Source: Neovahlkampfia damariscottae
Lineage: Eukaryota
Reading direction: 5' to 3'
Assembly (NCBI GenBank): GCA_016618085.1
Contig: JABLTG010000016.1
Span: forward strand, 62,001 to 126,000
Length of the DNA: 64,000 nucleotides
Part shown: one piece after another, positions 25,639 to 37,784 of the stretch
How positions within the stretch are numbered: position 1 is the stretch's first letter
Layout: every line of letters begins with the position of its first letter
Program-made: the position numbers and the translations under genes
The notes under the pieces: generated by a model
Databases searched by the model: none
What the model saw: the letters and a program-made list of their open reading frames with translations, nothing else
What the model was told of the DNA's origin: nothing

Positions 25639-26960
25639 ATGGATGTTCAACAACAACAATCCACTCAAACATTACAAAATAAAAAATTCCAACCTGCTTT
25701 ACCTCAACACACAATAATAAAAGAAAAATGGAAAATAGAAAGATTAATAGGAAAAGGAACATTTGGTGAAATATATTGCGCAACAGATGTACATTCTGGT
25801 AAAGAAGTGGCAATAAAAGTTGAATTAAATGATCCTACAAAAAATGACTTAAAAAAAGAAGTTATAGTTTTAAAAAGATTAAAAGGTAAGTGATATGAAA
25901 AGATTAATTTGAAAAATTAAAAGACAGTCCAAATGTTGTGAAATACATTTATAGTGGAAGACATATTGAAAGATTTAATTTCATGGTTATGGAGAAATTA
26001 GATGAAGATTTAGAAAAAATACGAAAGCATACATTAAATTCTAAATTTTCATTATCAACAACTTTAAAACTTGGAATACAAATGTTAGAAGGTATTGAAT
26101 CGATACATAAAATTGGATATCTTCATCGTGATTTAAAACCTTCTAACTTTGTTATCAAGAGAAGTGAAAAAGGAAAGATATTTGTTATTGATTTTGGATT
26201 AGCTAGAAAATATATTAGTAATGATGGAAAACATAAAGAACCCAGAAAACAAGTTGGCTTTAGAGGAACAGGTCGTTATGCTTCAATAAATTCTCATCAA
26301 GAGAAAGAATTAAGTAGAAGAGATGATTTATGGTCTATTTTCTATGTTTTAGTTGAATTTTCATATGGTAGTTTACCATGGAGAAAAGTAAAAGATTTAA
26401 AAAGAATAGGAGAATTAAAAATTAAATATACAAATAAGGAATTATTAACAGAATTACCAGAAGAATTTACAACATTTATGGATTATATTTCAAATTTAGG
26501 ATATGAAGAAGAACCAGATTATTTACATTTAAAGAATTTATTAAAACAATCATCGGAAAAAAAAGAAGAATATTCATTGGATCATCCATTTGATTGGGAA
26601 TTTAAAGAAGAAAGACAAAAAGAATCAATTAATGAAATATCAGAAGTACCTGTTCGTTCTTTAATTCAATCTGAAATATCAGATATTGAAATTGAAAATG
26701 ATAATCAAAATGAACATTTAAACATAAAAATTGAAAATGGAAATCATCATGTGGGTGGCACAAAAAAACATATAAAAACTATTAGTACTCCTTTGAGTTT
26801 AGGTTTAGGAAATCAAAAAAAATTAACGTCTCCAAAAACATCAATGGATAAAAGTGGTAGAAAACCAAGTCTGAATGTTGGTTCAGGTGGTTCAAATGGA
26901 AACAAAAAAAGTTATGAAATGTTGGATGGAAAAAAATCAAAAGAATGTATAATTTTGTAA
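25639..26960 (+). CDS. Casein kinase 1 / tau-tubulin kinase family, C-terminal CaaX (CIIL)
   Basis: IGKGTFGEIY, HRDLKPSN, FRGTGRYASINSH, SRRDDLWS; intron 25886-25923. Confidence 0.92.
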
Positions 26961-26988
26961 ATAAAAATAAATCGGTTTCTATTCAAGA

Positions 26989-27715
26989 TTAGGGTTTGAT
27001 TAATATATCTTTTAATATAATTTCAAAAAATAATTTTAAAACATTTCCGAAAAGAAAATATAAAAAATATTCAAATATTTTAAATTCTCCCTTCCTTGAT
27101 TTAATCGAATTTAAAATTACAATGAATGAAGTCATAGTTGATACTTTTAATAAATGAGAAAAATAAAATTCGATTTTCCAAATTATAAAAAAAATATACC
27201 CAATATTAAATAAATGAGAAAATAAAAATACAATTAAAATTTCGTTTAAATTTTTAATTGTAAATTTAAATGAAATTAAAAATATAAATAAGAAACAAAT
27301 TAAATTCCCAAAAAATTCAATTAAAAAAATTAAAACAAAATTAAATTCATTTTCCAATTTTAAATTTAAAAAATTGAAGTCTATAAAAAGAATAAATAAA
27401 TATAATAATTACATGATTGAAATAGAATTGAAAAATAAAATATTTTAAATAATTGTTGCTGGATGATTGAGAAAATTGTTTTCTTTTTACTTTAATAGTT
27501 TTTTGATCATATAAATTATAAATGATATGTCTATATGCTGGTATTTTATGAAGTAATAAATCAATAAATATTATTATAAATTCATATTCAATATATTTAT
27601 CAACATATTGATTACAATTCTTACAAATGTTTAATCGAATTTCATTTTTTATTTCATTTGATAAAGAATCAGTTTCAGTACCACACTCTATACAATGATA
27701 ATCGATTTTGTTCAT
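26989..27715 (-). CDS. ARV1: ARV1 ER sterol homeostasis protein
   Basis: CIECG..CKNC zinc motif, VDKYIEYE, IDLLLHKIPAYRH, then TM helices; 2 introns. Confidence 0.88.
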
Positions 27716-27802
27716 TATTTTACAAAACTACACAACAAGGTTGACCAATAAAACACTCTTAATACTATTGGTTGATAAAAATAAACTTCAGAAATTCTTT
27801 TG

Positions 27803-27810
27803 CCACGTGG
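27803..27810. promoter_or_regulatory. Palindromic G-box/E-box CCACGTGG upstream of NPL4
   Basis: GC-rich perfect palindrome 14 nt before the ATG in an AT-rich background. Confidence 0.35.
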
Positions 27811-27824
27811 TTGATCAAGTTGGA

Positions 27825-29388
27825 ATGAGTACAAGATATAAGAGACCAAAGAAAGTTACTGAAGAATCAAAAACTGAGTTAAATAAAAAGAATGAAAACA
27901 TAGAAAAGCCATACGTAAAAATAAAAATAAAAATACTAATTTCGCAAAGATTATCCGTTTAAGAGGAAAAGATGGCACTTTTAATTATGAAGGGAATGAA
28001 AATGACACAATTGAATCTTTAAAATCATTAGTAAAATCAAAATATTTTTTTAAAAAATCGAAACTTTAAAAAGATTGAAACCAACACTGGAATTTCCAAA
28101 AATAAATTAGTTTTAAGTACAAATAGAGATGAAACTATCAGTAGTTTTCATCTTTCAAATAAATCTGGAAAACTTAAAGATTTCAAACTTTGCAGAGGAG
28201 ATGTTGTTTATTTTTCGTATGATTCAAATTTAAAATCCAAACAAGAAGTAGAAGATGAAAAACAAAGATTAAAGAAAGAAGCCCTTTTTATCAAATATCA
28301 AAAAGGAGATGAACCATTGACAACAGATGAATTATTAATTGTAACAGGAAGAAAACATTGGAAATTTGGAGAATATGAAAAATATTTGGAAGGATTTAAA
28401 TATATTTTAGATTTACCATTTAATACTTGTTCAAGTGTTTATGTTGATGGATTATCAGGTGCTCTATTTTCAAATGTATTAGAAGAATATGCTTACACAA
28501 GTAAGAATTATGAAATTGATTAAAAAAATAGTTCAAAGATGTGGTTATTTAATTGGTATTACAAAAAAAGTTGATAGACCTCAAAGATTTCAAAAAACAG
28601 AAGATGGAAAACAAGAAGAAGTACAACCATCAAAAAGAGAATTAGAAGCTACTTTTGAAGAAGTTGAAGTTTATGCAATTTATGAACCACCTCAATTTGG
28701 TGATGAAAAAACAGTACAAGAATATGATGATGAAAATGAAGAAAAAGTTGATACAATTTGTTCATTACTAGGTATGAAAAGAGTTGGTTACATATTTTCA
28801 CATGGAAGAGGTGAAACACAAGAAAAACATAAAATTATGCCAGATGAAATTGTTAGAGCTGCAAAATTACAGTCAAAATATGGTTCAAGTTTTGTAACAA
28901 TTGCAGCTACTTTTAATTCATCATCCGGTTTAATATTAGAAGCATTTCAAGTTTCAGAACAATGTGTTGAATTAGCTGAAAAAGATCTTTTGTCAATTGA
29001 TCCAAAAAATGATTCAATCTTAAAATCCAAAAAAGGTATTACTATTGTAGGTACAACATTAGAAAAAAATGAAGTTGATATTGAATTCTTTTATACATTT
29101 AATACACCAATGAAGAGATTAGATGGACCATTTAGAGCTGGAATGGTTCCAAAAAATAGAAAAGAAGAACAAAGTTTAAATAAATTGAGAACAGTTTTGA
29201 TTAATAGAAAGAATCAAGGTTTAAATTTTGTTAAAAGAATAACTGATTTTCATTTATTACTTTATTTGACAGAATTTTTAGATATGAAGACAGATATGCC
29301 AACTTTACTTGAAGCTGTTAGAACTCAAAATAATTCAATGGCAGGTGGATTTGAATATTTGATCAATTCTTATGCTGGAATTCAATAA
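27825..29388 (+). CDS. NPL4: NPL4 (Cdc48/p97 cofactor)
   Basis: UBL-like IIRLRGKDG, QRCGYLIG, VYAIYEPPQ, LGMKRVGYIF, EAFQVSEQC, DFHLLLYL; 3 introns. Confidence 0.88.
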
Positions 29389-29408
29389 ACATTTTTAAAT
29401 ACAAATAT

Positions 29409-31219
29409 TTAATAATCAGAATTAATATTTTCACCATTTTTCCAAGTGACAGAATATTTTAATTGTAATTGAATATCCTTAACTAATTTAAATTGCCATT
29501 CAATATTATTTTCATGATTTAAAACTATTTTTTCAATTGTATTTTTATCAAAATTAATAATAGAATTTAATTCTTTTTCTTGAATTAATTTTGAATTTGG
29601 TTCAATTAAATCTACTTTAATTTCAGAATGACCACTTAATGGTAATTGATCAATTACAACAATATCAATTTCTTTTTGTTTTTTATTTGAAATTTTAATT
29701 TTTCTTTCAACATTCATTTTTATTTCAGTTGAAAAGAAACCTTTTGTTTCTTTAAATTTTCTTGGATTAATATATTCCAATTTAATTTCAGTATCAACAC
29801 CTAAATAAGCTTCAAATGATTCACCAGGAGCAACACTCTTTTAAATATTAATACTAGATCATTTATATTTTTACAGTTAAATTTGATTTTGATACAAAAT
29901 CATTATTATAAAAAATAGACATTCTTCCAGTTAATAATTGATAATCACTTTCATTTAATGTTTTCATTTTTGCATAAACTTTTTCAGATAAACGTGGAAC
30001 AGAATAAAAACTGAAAATTGGTTTTAAATCAATTTCTCCAATAAAAATTCGATGTGAAATATTATCTGATGGGATTGTTGTAAAATTTGGAATATGATAA
30101 GTTGATGAAATTGATCCTTTTTCTGATTTAGTTAATTGATTTTTCATATCTCCTTCTTCTTTATAATATTCTCTTGTACCACCACCACCATTACCTCCTC
30201 CAACTGAAAGAGAAAATCCTTTTGATTTTTTTTGGACATAGTATTGTTGTTTTTGTTTAAAACGAATAGTTACACCAGATAATTCAGGTGGTTGTGAATT
30301 AAAAGATGGATTTGTTGTTGAAAGTGATAAATTAACATTTTTCCAATCTTCTTTTGTATTTTGTGTAATTTCACCATAATACAATAATTTAGCAGTTTCA
30401 TTTGAAGTAACACGTAAATCTAAAGAATTTAATAAATATTTTTCAAAACCATAAAGAGAAATCCATTTTGAATTTCCAACCATATATGTTATTTCTAAAT
30501 TAACTTCAATTTCTTTTTCACAGTCCAATAAAATTACAATTTCTGAAATGATTTTAATTGTTTTTTCTGGTTTTTCTAATGATAAATCATGTTTTAATTT
30601 TAATAATCTTTCTTGTAATTCAGGTAATATTTCATTCTTAATTTTAAACTTCTTTTCATCAACAGTTTTCATTTTTTTTTGATAAAATTCCAATGAACTT
30701 GTTATACCTTCAAGTGTTTCTTTTGAAATCATTTCTTCTACATTCTTATTTTCTCTTCCTGAATCAAACTTTGAGTTTTTAGTTTTTTTTTTCTTTCTTA
30801 CTATACTTTCAATATATTGTTGAACATAAGATTCTTCAGATTCAATTCTTTTTAATTTTTTATCTTCTTGTTTAATTTCTTCTTCTAATTTTTTTATTTC
30901 TTCTTTTAAGGCGATGGTAGTTGTTTGATCATTTTCTATTTCTATTTCACGTTCTCTTTTAGAAATTTCAAGTATAACTGCTTCTGATGGTCCTTTTGCT
31001 TTTATTATATCATTTAAAAGTACAGGTATTCCTGACATAACCACCTTTTTATTGTTTTTAATTTTTTTTTTTTTGATATACTGATTGTTCTCCTTTTTCA
31101 AGTTTGACTTTCATTTTTCTAGTAATTTCAGCATTTTGGGTATATAACTTCACAGTTTTCATTTCACATTCTGCAATGGGAATAATAATTTCTTTTGTTT
31201 TTTCTTCTTCCAATGTCAT
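29409..31219 (-). CDS. DUF4139/DUF4140 protein
   Basis: AEITR, ITQNTKEDWKNVNLSLST, YSVPRLSE, APGESFEAYLGVD, VIDQLPLS; 3 introns. Confidence 0.85.
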
Positions 31220-31279
31220 TGAATTTTGGTTGGTTTAAATTTATAAGAAGATGATTGGATAAACAGATTTAATAAAAAC

Positions 31280-32275
31280 ATGAAAGAAAATGAGAACATA
31301 CCATTTTCACCAACATCAATTCTCAGAGGTCATACTTCAGAAATTACTACTGTGACATTTGTACAAGAAAAATTAATTTCTGGGTAAAGAAAACAAAAAA
31401 AAAATAAATTTAAAAAAAGAGATGTAGAAGGAAATGTACACCTTTGGAATTTAAAAACAAGAAGAACAGAAGTAAAAATAAAACCACACACACATATTTT
31501 GACAATTGAAAAAATGAAAGAAAACAAGTTCTTAACACATGGAAGAGAAGGTGTGATAAAAATTTGGAATTTGGATGAATTAAATGATGAAAAATCATGT
31601 TTAAAGGAATTTAACTTAATGAATGAAAATCAAAATTCAAAACAGTTATCTTTTTGTAAATGTAAATTTAACGAATTTGATTTTTCAATTTTTACACCTT
31701 CAACATCAAATATGTCTTCTATTTCAGTATTATCATTAAAAGACGAGAAATTAAACAAAGAAATATTGTTGGATAATGAAAAATATGGGATGCTAATGTG
31801 TTTGAATTTGAAAAATGAAAATATAATTCAATCTGGTTTTGAAAATGGTTCAATTTTGGAAATTGATTTAAGAAAAGAAAATAAAGTTCTAAATGAAATA
31901 AAACTATTCAAAGATCCAGTATTATGTATAAAAAATGAAAATGGTAGTTTAATTTCAACTTCAACTTCAAATATCATTTCAGTTTTGAATGATGAAACAT
32001 TTGGATTAAAGAAAGAATTTTCAATGAATAAAGGTGGTATAAATGATATTTCAATTTCAAGTAAAGATAATTTTAGAATATTTTCAACTGGAGGATGGGA
32101 CAATAGAATTAGAATATTTGATTTAAAAAAATTAAAACCATTAACTATTTTAAAACAACATACACAGTCAGTTAACTGTTTGGAATTTAAGAAAGATTCA
32201 AATCTATTGGCATGTGGTTCAAAAGATCAAAGAATATCTCTTTGGGATTTGAATTTTAAAAAAAAGGAAAAGTGA
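31280..32275 (+). CDS. WD40 protein, GNB1L/ASA1-like
   Basis: ILRGHTSEI, SGDVEGNVHLWNLKTRR, THGREG, TGGWDNRIRIF, ACGSKDQRISLW; one intron. Confidence 0.8.
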
Positions 32276-32398
32276 TCAACTGTCAACTAAAATATAAAAG
32301 AATAAAAAAAAAAAAAAGGTTGAAAATAGGTTTGAACCAAAAAGATTCATGAAATGGAGTTTTTTTGATTGGTCGGTTAGTCTTACACTTTTTTTTTG

Positions 32399-33010
32399 AT
32401 GGATTCAACTCTTCTTTATGTCGGTATTGGTTTAGTTTCTTTACTTTTATTCTTTTACTTCAATTCATCCAACTCAAACAGAGAAACAGAAAGACAAGAA
32501 CAAATATCATCAAATGGAAAAACTCAACTTCAACATTTCAAAGAGATTTCAAGAAAAGATTTAAAAAATAACGAAAAAGATTTCTTTGTCATTATTGATA
32601 ATAATATTTATAATTTTGAACACTTTTCAAAAAAAGAATTATTTTCCAAAATGAAAGGTGATGACATTACTGAAGAATTTTTTGATATTGAAGAGTATGT
32701 TGAATTATTTAAAGAAATTGAAGAATTACAAATTGGAATTGTTCCTTTAAATGAAAAAATGAAAAGAAAAAGAAAAATAAAAAATTACACCAAAGAACAA
32801 GTATTAAAACATAACTCATATGAAGATGCATGGTTAATTATTGAAAATAAAATATATGATGTAACAGAATATACACCTGAACATCCAGGTGGTGATTTAA
32901 TTTTAACCAAAGTTGGACAAGATTCAACTGTTGATTATTTAGAAGCTAAACATCCATCTTATGTTTCAGATATGTTGGAAGATTTTTATATTGGAGACAT
33001 TAAAAATTAA
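32399..33010 (+). CDS. Membrane-anchored cytochrome b5-domain protein (degenerate plus canonical b5 domains)
   Basis: N-terminal TM; HNSYEDAWLII..IYDVT..HPGG. Confidence 0.85.
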   Translation: MDSTLLYVGIGLVSLLLFFYFNSSNSNRETERQEQISSNGKTQLQHFKEISRKDLKNNEKDFFVIIDNNIYNFEHFSKKELFSKMKGDDITEEFFDIEEYVELFKEIEELQIGIVPLNEKMKRKRKIKNYTKEQVLKHNSYEDAWLIIENKIYDVTEYTPEHPGGDLILTKVGQDSTVDYLEAKHPSYVSDMLEDFYIGDIKN

Positions 33011-34708
33011 TTATTTAAATTCTTTACTAAAATATGAATCAAATTCATCAAAATCTTCATCTTGTTTATTTTCACCAATGATTGGATTGGATGAGATCAA
33101 ATCAATTCTGATATTTTCTAATTTATTTTTAAAGAATATATTATCTTTAATGGTTGGACATGATTGATTTTTAACCCAAATACCTGTTTGTGTTTTTGAT
33201 TTGAAAATATAATTTGATAATATTTTTGATTTTGAATGACTTTTTACTTTTATATTTGATGATTTATTTTCAAATATTTTATTATTTTGTATCATTGCAT
33301 TGGAATATTCATCCAATATAATTCCACTTTGTTTTGATTCAAATATTTCATTGTTCTTTAACACTGCATTTGATTTTCCTTTTATAACTATATTTGATTC
33401 TTCATTTTCAAAAATTCGATTATTTTCAATGATTGGATTAGATTTTTCTAAAATTAGAATTCCATTCTTTTTTGATTTATAAATTTCATTCCCTTCAATT
33501 CTTGTTGATGATTTTCCATGAAATTCAATATTTGAACCATAATTATCAAAAATTGAATTTTGTTTAATACACCCAATTGCATTTTCTTTAATTGAAATTC
33601 CCTTTTTTAAACCATTAAAAATCTTATTCTTTAATATTAATGGATTTGAATTTCCAGATAATGATATATTTCTTTCATTATTTGAATGAATTTCATTTTC
33701 TTCAATATTTGATTTTGAATTATCTTTAATCCAAATACCACCTTGATTTGATTCAAATATTTTATTAAATTTTATTAATGAAATTGTATTATTACAACAA
33801 TATATATTTGGTAATTCATTTTTAAAAATTTCGTTTTCTTTGATTTCACCTTTACTTTCATCTTTCATTGTAATACCATTCTCTTTTGATGAATAGATTC
33901 TATTTGATTTAATTTCAAATTTTGATTGTTTATTCAAAAATATATTAGAAAAATCATTTGAATAGATTTCATTTTGTTCAATTAAACAATTTGAATTATC
34001 AGTTAAGAAAATACCAAAAAGTTTAGATTTAAATATTTCATTCTTTTTAATGGTAACTTTTGATTTTTCTGAAATGAATATATTACTCTTTGTTGAGTTA
34101 TATATTTCATTTTTTTCAATTAAACATTTTGAATTCTTGATCCAAATTGCATGAATTTTTGAAGAAGTAATTTTATTCGAATTTAATTCAACATTAGAAT
34201 TTGAACAAATAAATATTGATGTATTTTCTAATAATTTTATGAATTAATTAATTTTCAAACCTTCACTCTTGATTTTGCAATTCATAATTTTAATTTTATC
34301 ATTTCCTTTAATATAAATAGTTGGTTTATTTCCATTTCCTTCTAAAATTAAATTCTTTAATTCAATTTTATCATTCAAAATTGAAATAGTTCTATTTCAT
34401 CCTTAATTAATAGAAATTATGAATTTACTTTTGGTCGCTACTAATAATGATATTTTCATCTTTGACACCAGTTATTTTAGTTCCAATAATAGATAATGAT
34501 ATAATTTCTTTATAAATTCCTTTTTATAGTTTAGTTTTTCGAAAAACGAACCTTCATGAATCATTATCGTAGTATTCTCTTTTAAATCCTTTAGAGCTTC
34601 TGTTATTGTTTGATATTCAAAACCAAGACCCACATGTTTAATACTATTCTCTTTTAATTTAATTTTTTTTGGTTCATCATTTTCCACGAACAACTTTCTT
34701 TTCCGCAT
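33011..34708 (-). CDS. Right-handed parallel beta-helix repeat protein (FBXO11/NosD-like repeats)
   Basis: YQTITEAL..IHEGIY N-terminus and many ~23-aa I..N.I..N...GI repeats; 3 introns. Confidence 0.8.
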
Positions 34709-34753
34709 TCACTGATGATTTTTAATTGGCTCAAAAAAAACATTTAATTTTTT

Positions 34754-35305
34754 TTATTTTTTAAACTTTTTGTCAATTGAAATGATAATTTTCAAAATAA
34801 AATATGCTATAAATCCTAATGGAGGCAAAAAATAAGTCAAAATTAAACAAGGAACGACCAATGAATGAGGAATTTCTTTCTGAATGCTATCATCTGTCAT
34901 GTATTTCCCAAGAAATAAACCATACAAATTTAATTGAATAAATATACATTGAGATGCTAAATCACCAGAAAAATATTTCTTTAACTCTTTAATTTTTGAT
35001 ATATTCTGATAAAATGCTGTAAAACAAAAAAATTAAAAATGAAAAAAAAGAATACTTTGTAATTGAGTAAAGGAAAATGATTTAAAGACTAAAATTAAAT
35101 CTTCCACATTATTTACATTCTTTACTGCTGAATAATCAAAAATAAAAAAAAATATTGAAAGTAAAGAAAGTGTGAAAATGAAGACTGATAAAAATTTTTT
35201 GGTTATTTTTGATTTTGGTAATAATATTAATATTAACCAACATGGTATGCAGGAGACATTTAAATAGTTGTAAATACACTGAACATCACAACCAAATAAC
35301 ATCAT
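34754..35305 (-). CDS. DUF4281 / ABA4-like membrane protein
   Basis: PCWLILILLPKSKITK and HSLVVPCLILTYFLPPLGFIAY resemble the family pattern; one intron. Confidence 0.6.
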
Positions 35306-35350
35306 GATGATATTATTGGTTGATTAATTTTCCGCCAATGACTTTAATCA

Positions 35351-36209
35351 ATGAAGAAGATTCATGTTTTGGTTCAATACTCAGGTGATCAATTTTTTGG
35401 ATGGGCAAAACAAGCAAATAAATTTAAAACTGTTGAAAATATCATGGAAATAAATCTAAAAAGAATCCTAAAAGAACCAAATTTAAAAATAAATTGCGCC
35501 AGTCGAACAGATTCAGGAGTTCATGCAGTTAGAAATTCTTTCGACTTTTTAATCAAAAAATCAAATATAATATCATTAAAATCAATTGAAAATATTATCA
35601 ATTCTTCAAAAGAATATATGTATATTCAAAACATTAAAGAAGTTTCGATGAATTTTGATTCAAAAAAGAAAATAGAATCAAGAGAATATGTTTATAGGAT
35701 ATTTCTATTGAATAGAAATGTTTTAAAAAAAGAATTTCAAAAATTTGAACCATACCTTTGGTTTTATAAAGATAATTTAGATTTTGAAAAAATGAAAAGA
35801 GTATCAAAATTATTCATTGGAAAACATGATTTTAAAAAGTTCTCATCTAAATCAAATCAAGTTTTTCATTTTTTTAAATTCTAACTTTTTTCTTCATTAG
35901 AATCCAAATGTGGACACAAAAAGAGAAATATTTGACATTTCAATAGAAAGAAAAATATTTAAAATAAGTGAATTTGACTTTCCAAAATTAAGTTTTAATG
36001 AAAATGAGTTCAAAGGAGGAGGTGAAATTATAGAAATTAAAGTTAAAGGAAAATCATTTTTATATCATCAAATTAGATGGATTGTTGGTTATTTAATACA
36101 AATTGGAAATGGAAATATTGAAAATGAAAAATATTTGAATTGGAATAAAAAAAGATTATTAGCACCACCAAATGGATTATATCTTTATAAAATAAATTAT
36201 GAAAAATAG
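35351..36209 (+). CDS. tRNA pseudouridine synthase, TruA family
   Basis: YSGDQFFGW, ASRTDSGVHA, FIGKHDF, GKSFLYHQIR, APPNGLYL; intron 35861-35900. Confidence 0.9.
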
Positions 36210-36220
36210 AGTGTATGATT

Positions 36221-37145
36221 TTATTCATTTAACCATTCATCTTCCAAGTTTTTTAATTGATTCAAAAATGTTTCTCTTGGATTAACAAAACTCCTATTAT
36301 CTTTAATCAATTTTAAACTTTTTTCAATGCTCAATTTTTTATATTTCAATAAATAAGCAATTACAATTGAAGTTGATCTTGAAATACCCATATTACAACT
36401 ATTAATTAAAAAATAAGAAATTGTTTACTGAACAAATATTCTTGATCCTTCTTTTTCTTCAGATTTTTTTATGAATTTTAGAGATGGATCAAAAAATTGT
36501 TTTAAATCAAATCCATCAATATCATCAGCATTACATTTAAAATACTCAAAATCATCTTTATCAAATTCATAAACTAATTCAGAAGCCATATTCAAAATAT
36601 GAGTAATTTTTAAGTTTTCCAATTGAGTTTTATTTTTAGCAGAATCATATGATCCTAAATAGAGAAAATCATTGAGTATTTCAGTTGGATAAAATGTATT
36701 GTCTGACAGATTATTTTTAGTTGTAATCATGAAAGGATATTTTTCTTTAAATTTTTGATAATCTTGAAGTAAATATAATTTTTTAACTTTTCCTTCTTTT
36801 TTTAAATACTTTCCAATTTTTAAAACATTTTCATAATTGTCAGAGTAAATCAATAATTTTGGATAAATCAAACCTCTTCTTTTTAATTGAGGATTTGTGA
36901 AATACTCATCAAATTTGTGAATTTCTTCAATGAAATCTTTAACAGGTTGTTTAATACATACTGATGCTCTTGCATGTGATTCTTCATATGCTTGTTCACT
37001 ACGAAAATCCAAAATTAATTTTGTCACTGAAAAAAAGTTATTTTTTTTGAGATTGTGAACCTCCAAGATCTTGAAGTAAATTAAAAAAATAAGTTTCATC
37101 TATTTCAATGATTTCTGTCTCTTCACTTTTCTTCTTTGTGAACAT
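36221..37145 (-). CDS. Dual-specificity (MAPK) phosphatase with rhodanese-like domain
   Basis: ILDFRSEQAYEESH, PTEILNDFLYLGS, spliced VHCNMGISRS; 2 introns. Confidence 0.9.
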
Positions 37146-37557
37146 TTATTTTTTCCTTTGCCCAATCAACCCGCGCTATTTCCCTGATTTAAAAAAACGA
37201 AAAGTAGGTTCTGTTTTTTCAAAGTAAGTTGAATGAAGAAGTAATTTTGCAAAAGATGTGAATGTATGTACTGAAGGAATATACTGTAAATTCCTCAGTT
37301 TAGATATGACAAGAAATTGAAGTTTCAAATATTCAACCTTAATATTTCATTTGGATTTTTTGATTGATATTTAACATTTATTTTAAGTTTTTGTTTTCAA
37401 GAAGGCTTTCTGGAGATCTTCCTTCTGATAAAAACAACTTTAACTCAAATGACTTTAGCTCTTCAATCATCCTTCTTTTTTTGGCAACCTTTGGTGAATG
37501 GGTTTATAGATTTACTTTTTGTATTTGGATCACTACGAGTTGTTGATTTATTAAATC

Positions 37558-37675
37558 GCTTACGGCCATACTTAGGAGAATACACCGCATCCCGTCCGAT
37601 TTGCGAAGTTAAGCTCCTACAGGCTCTCCTAGTACTAGGGTGGGAGACCACCTGGGAACCGGGAGTGTTGTAAGC
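37558..37675 (+). rRNA. 5S rRNA, single copy
   Basis: 118 nt, GCTTACGGCCATAC...CATCCCGTCCGAT...GAAGTTAAGC...TAGTACT.GGGTGGGAGACC.CCTGGGAA...GTTGTAAGC; ends pair (helix I). Confidence 0.96.
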
Positions 37676-37689
37676 TTTTTGGTTTTTTT
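37676..37689 (+). terminator. Pol III oligo-T terminator of 5S
   Basis: TTTTT followed by T7 directly after the 5S 3' end. Confidence 0.8.
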
Positions 37690-37784
37690 CAAATATCAAA
37701 CTCTTCCTGTTTCCCCTCTTTTTTTAACTATTAAAGAAGTGATTAAGGATGACTGTAAACATAATGAAATAATTACAAATTTAT

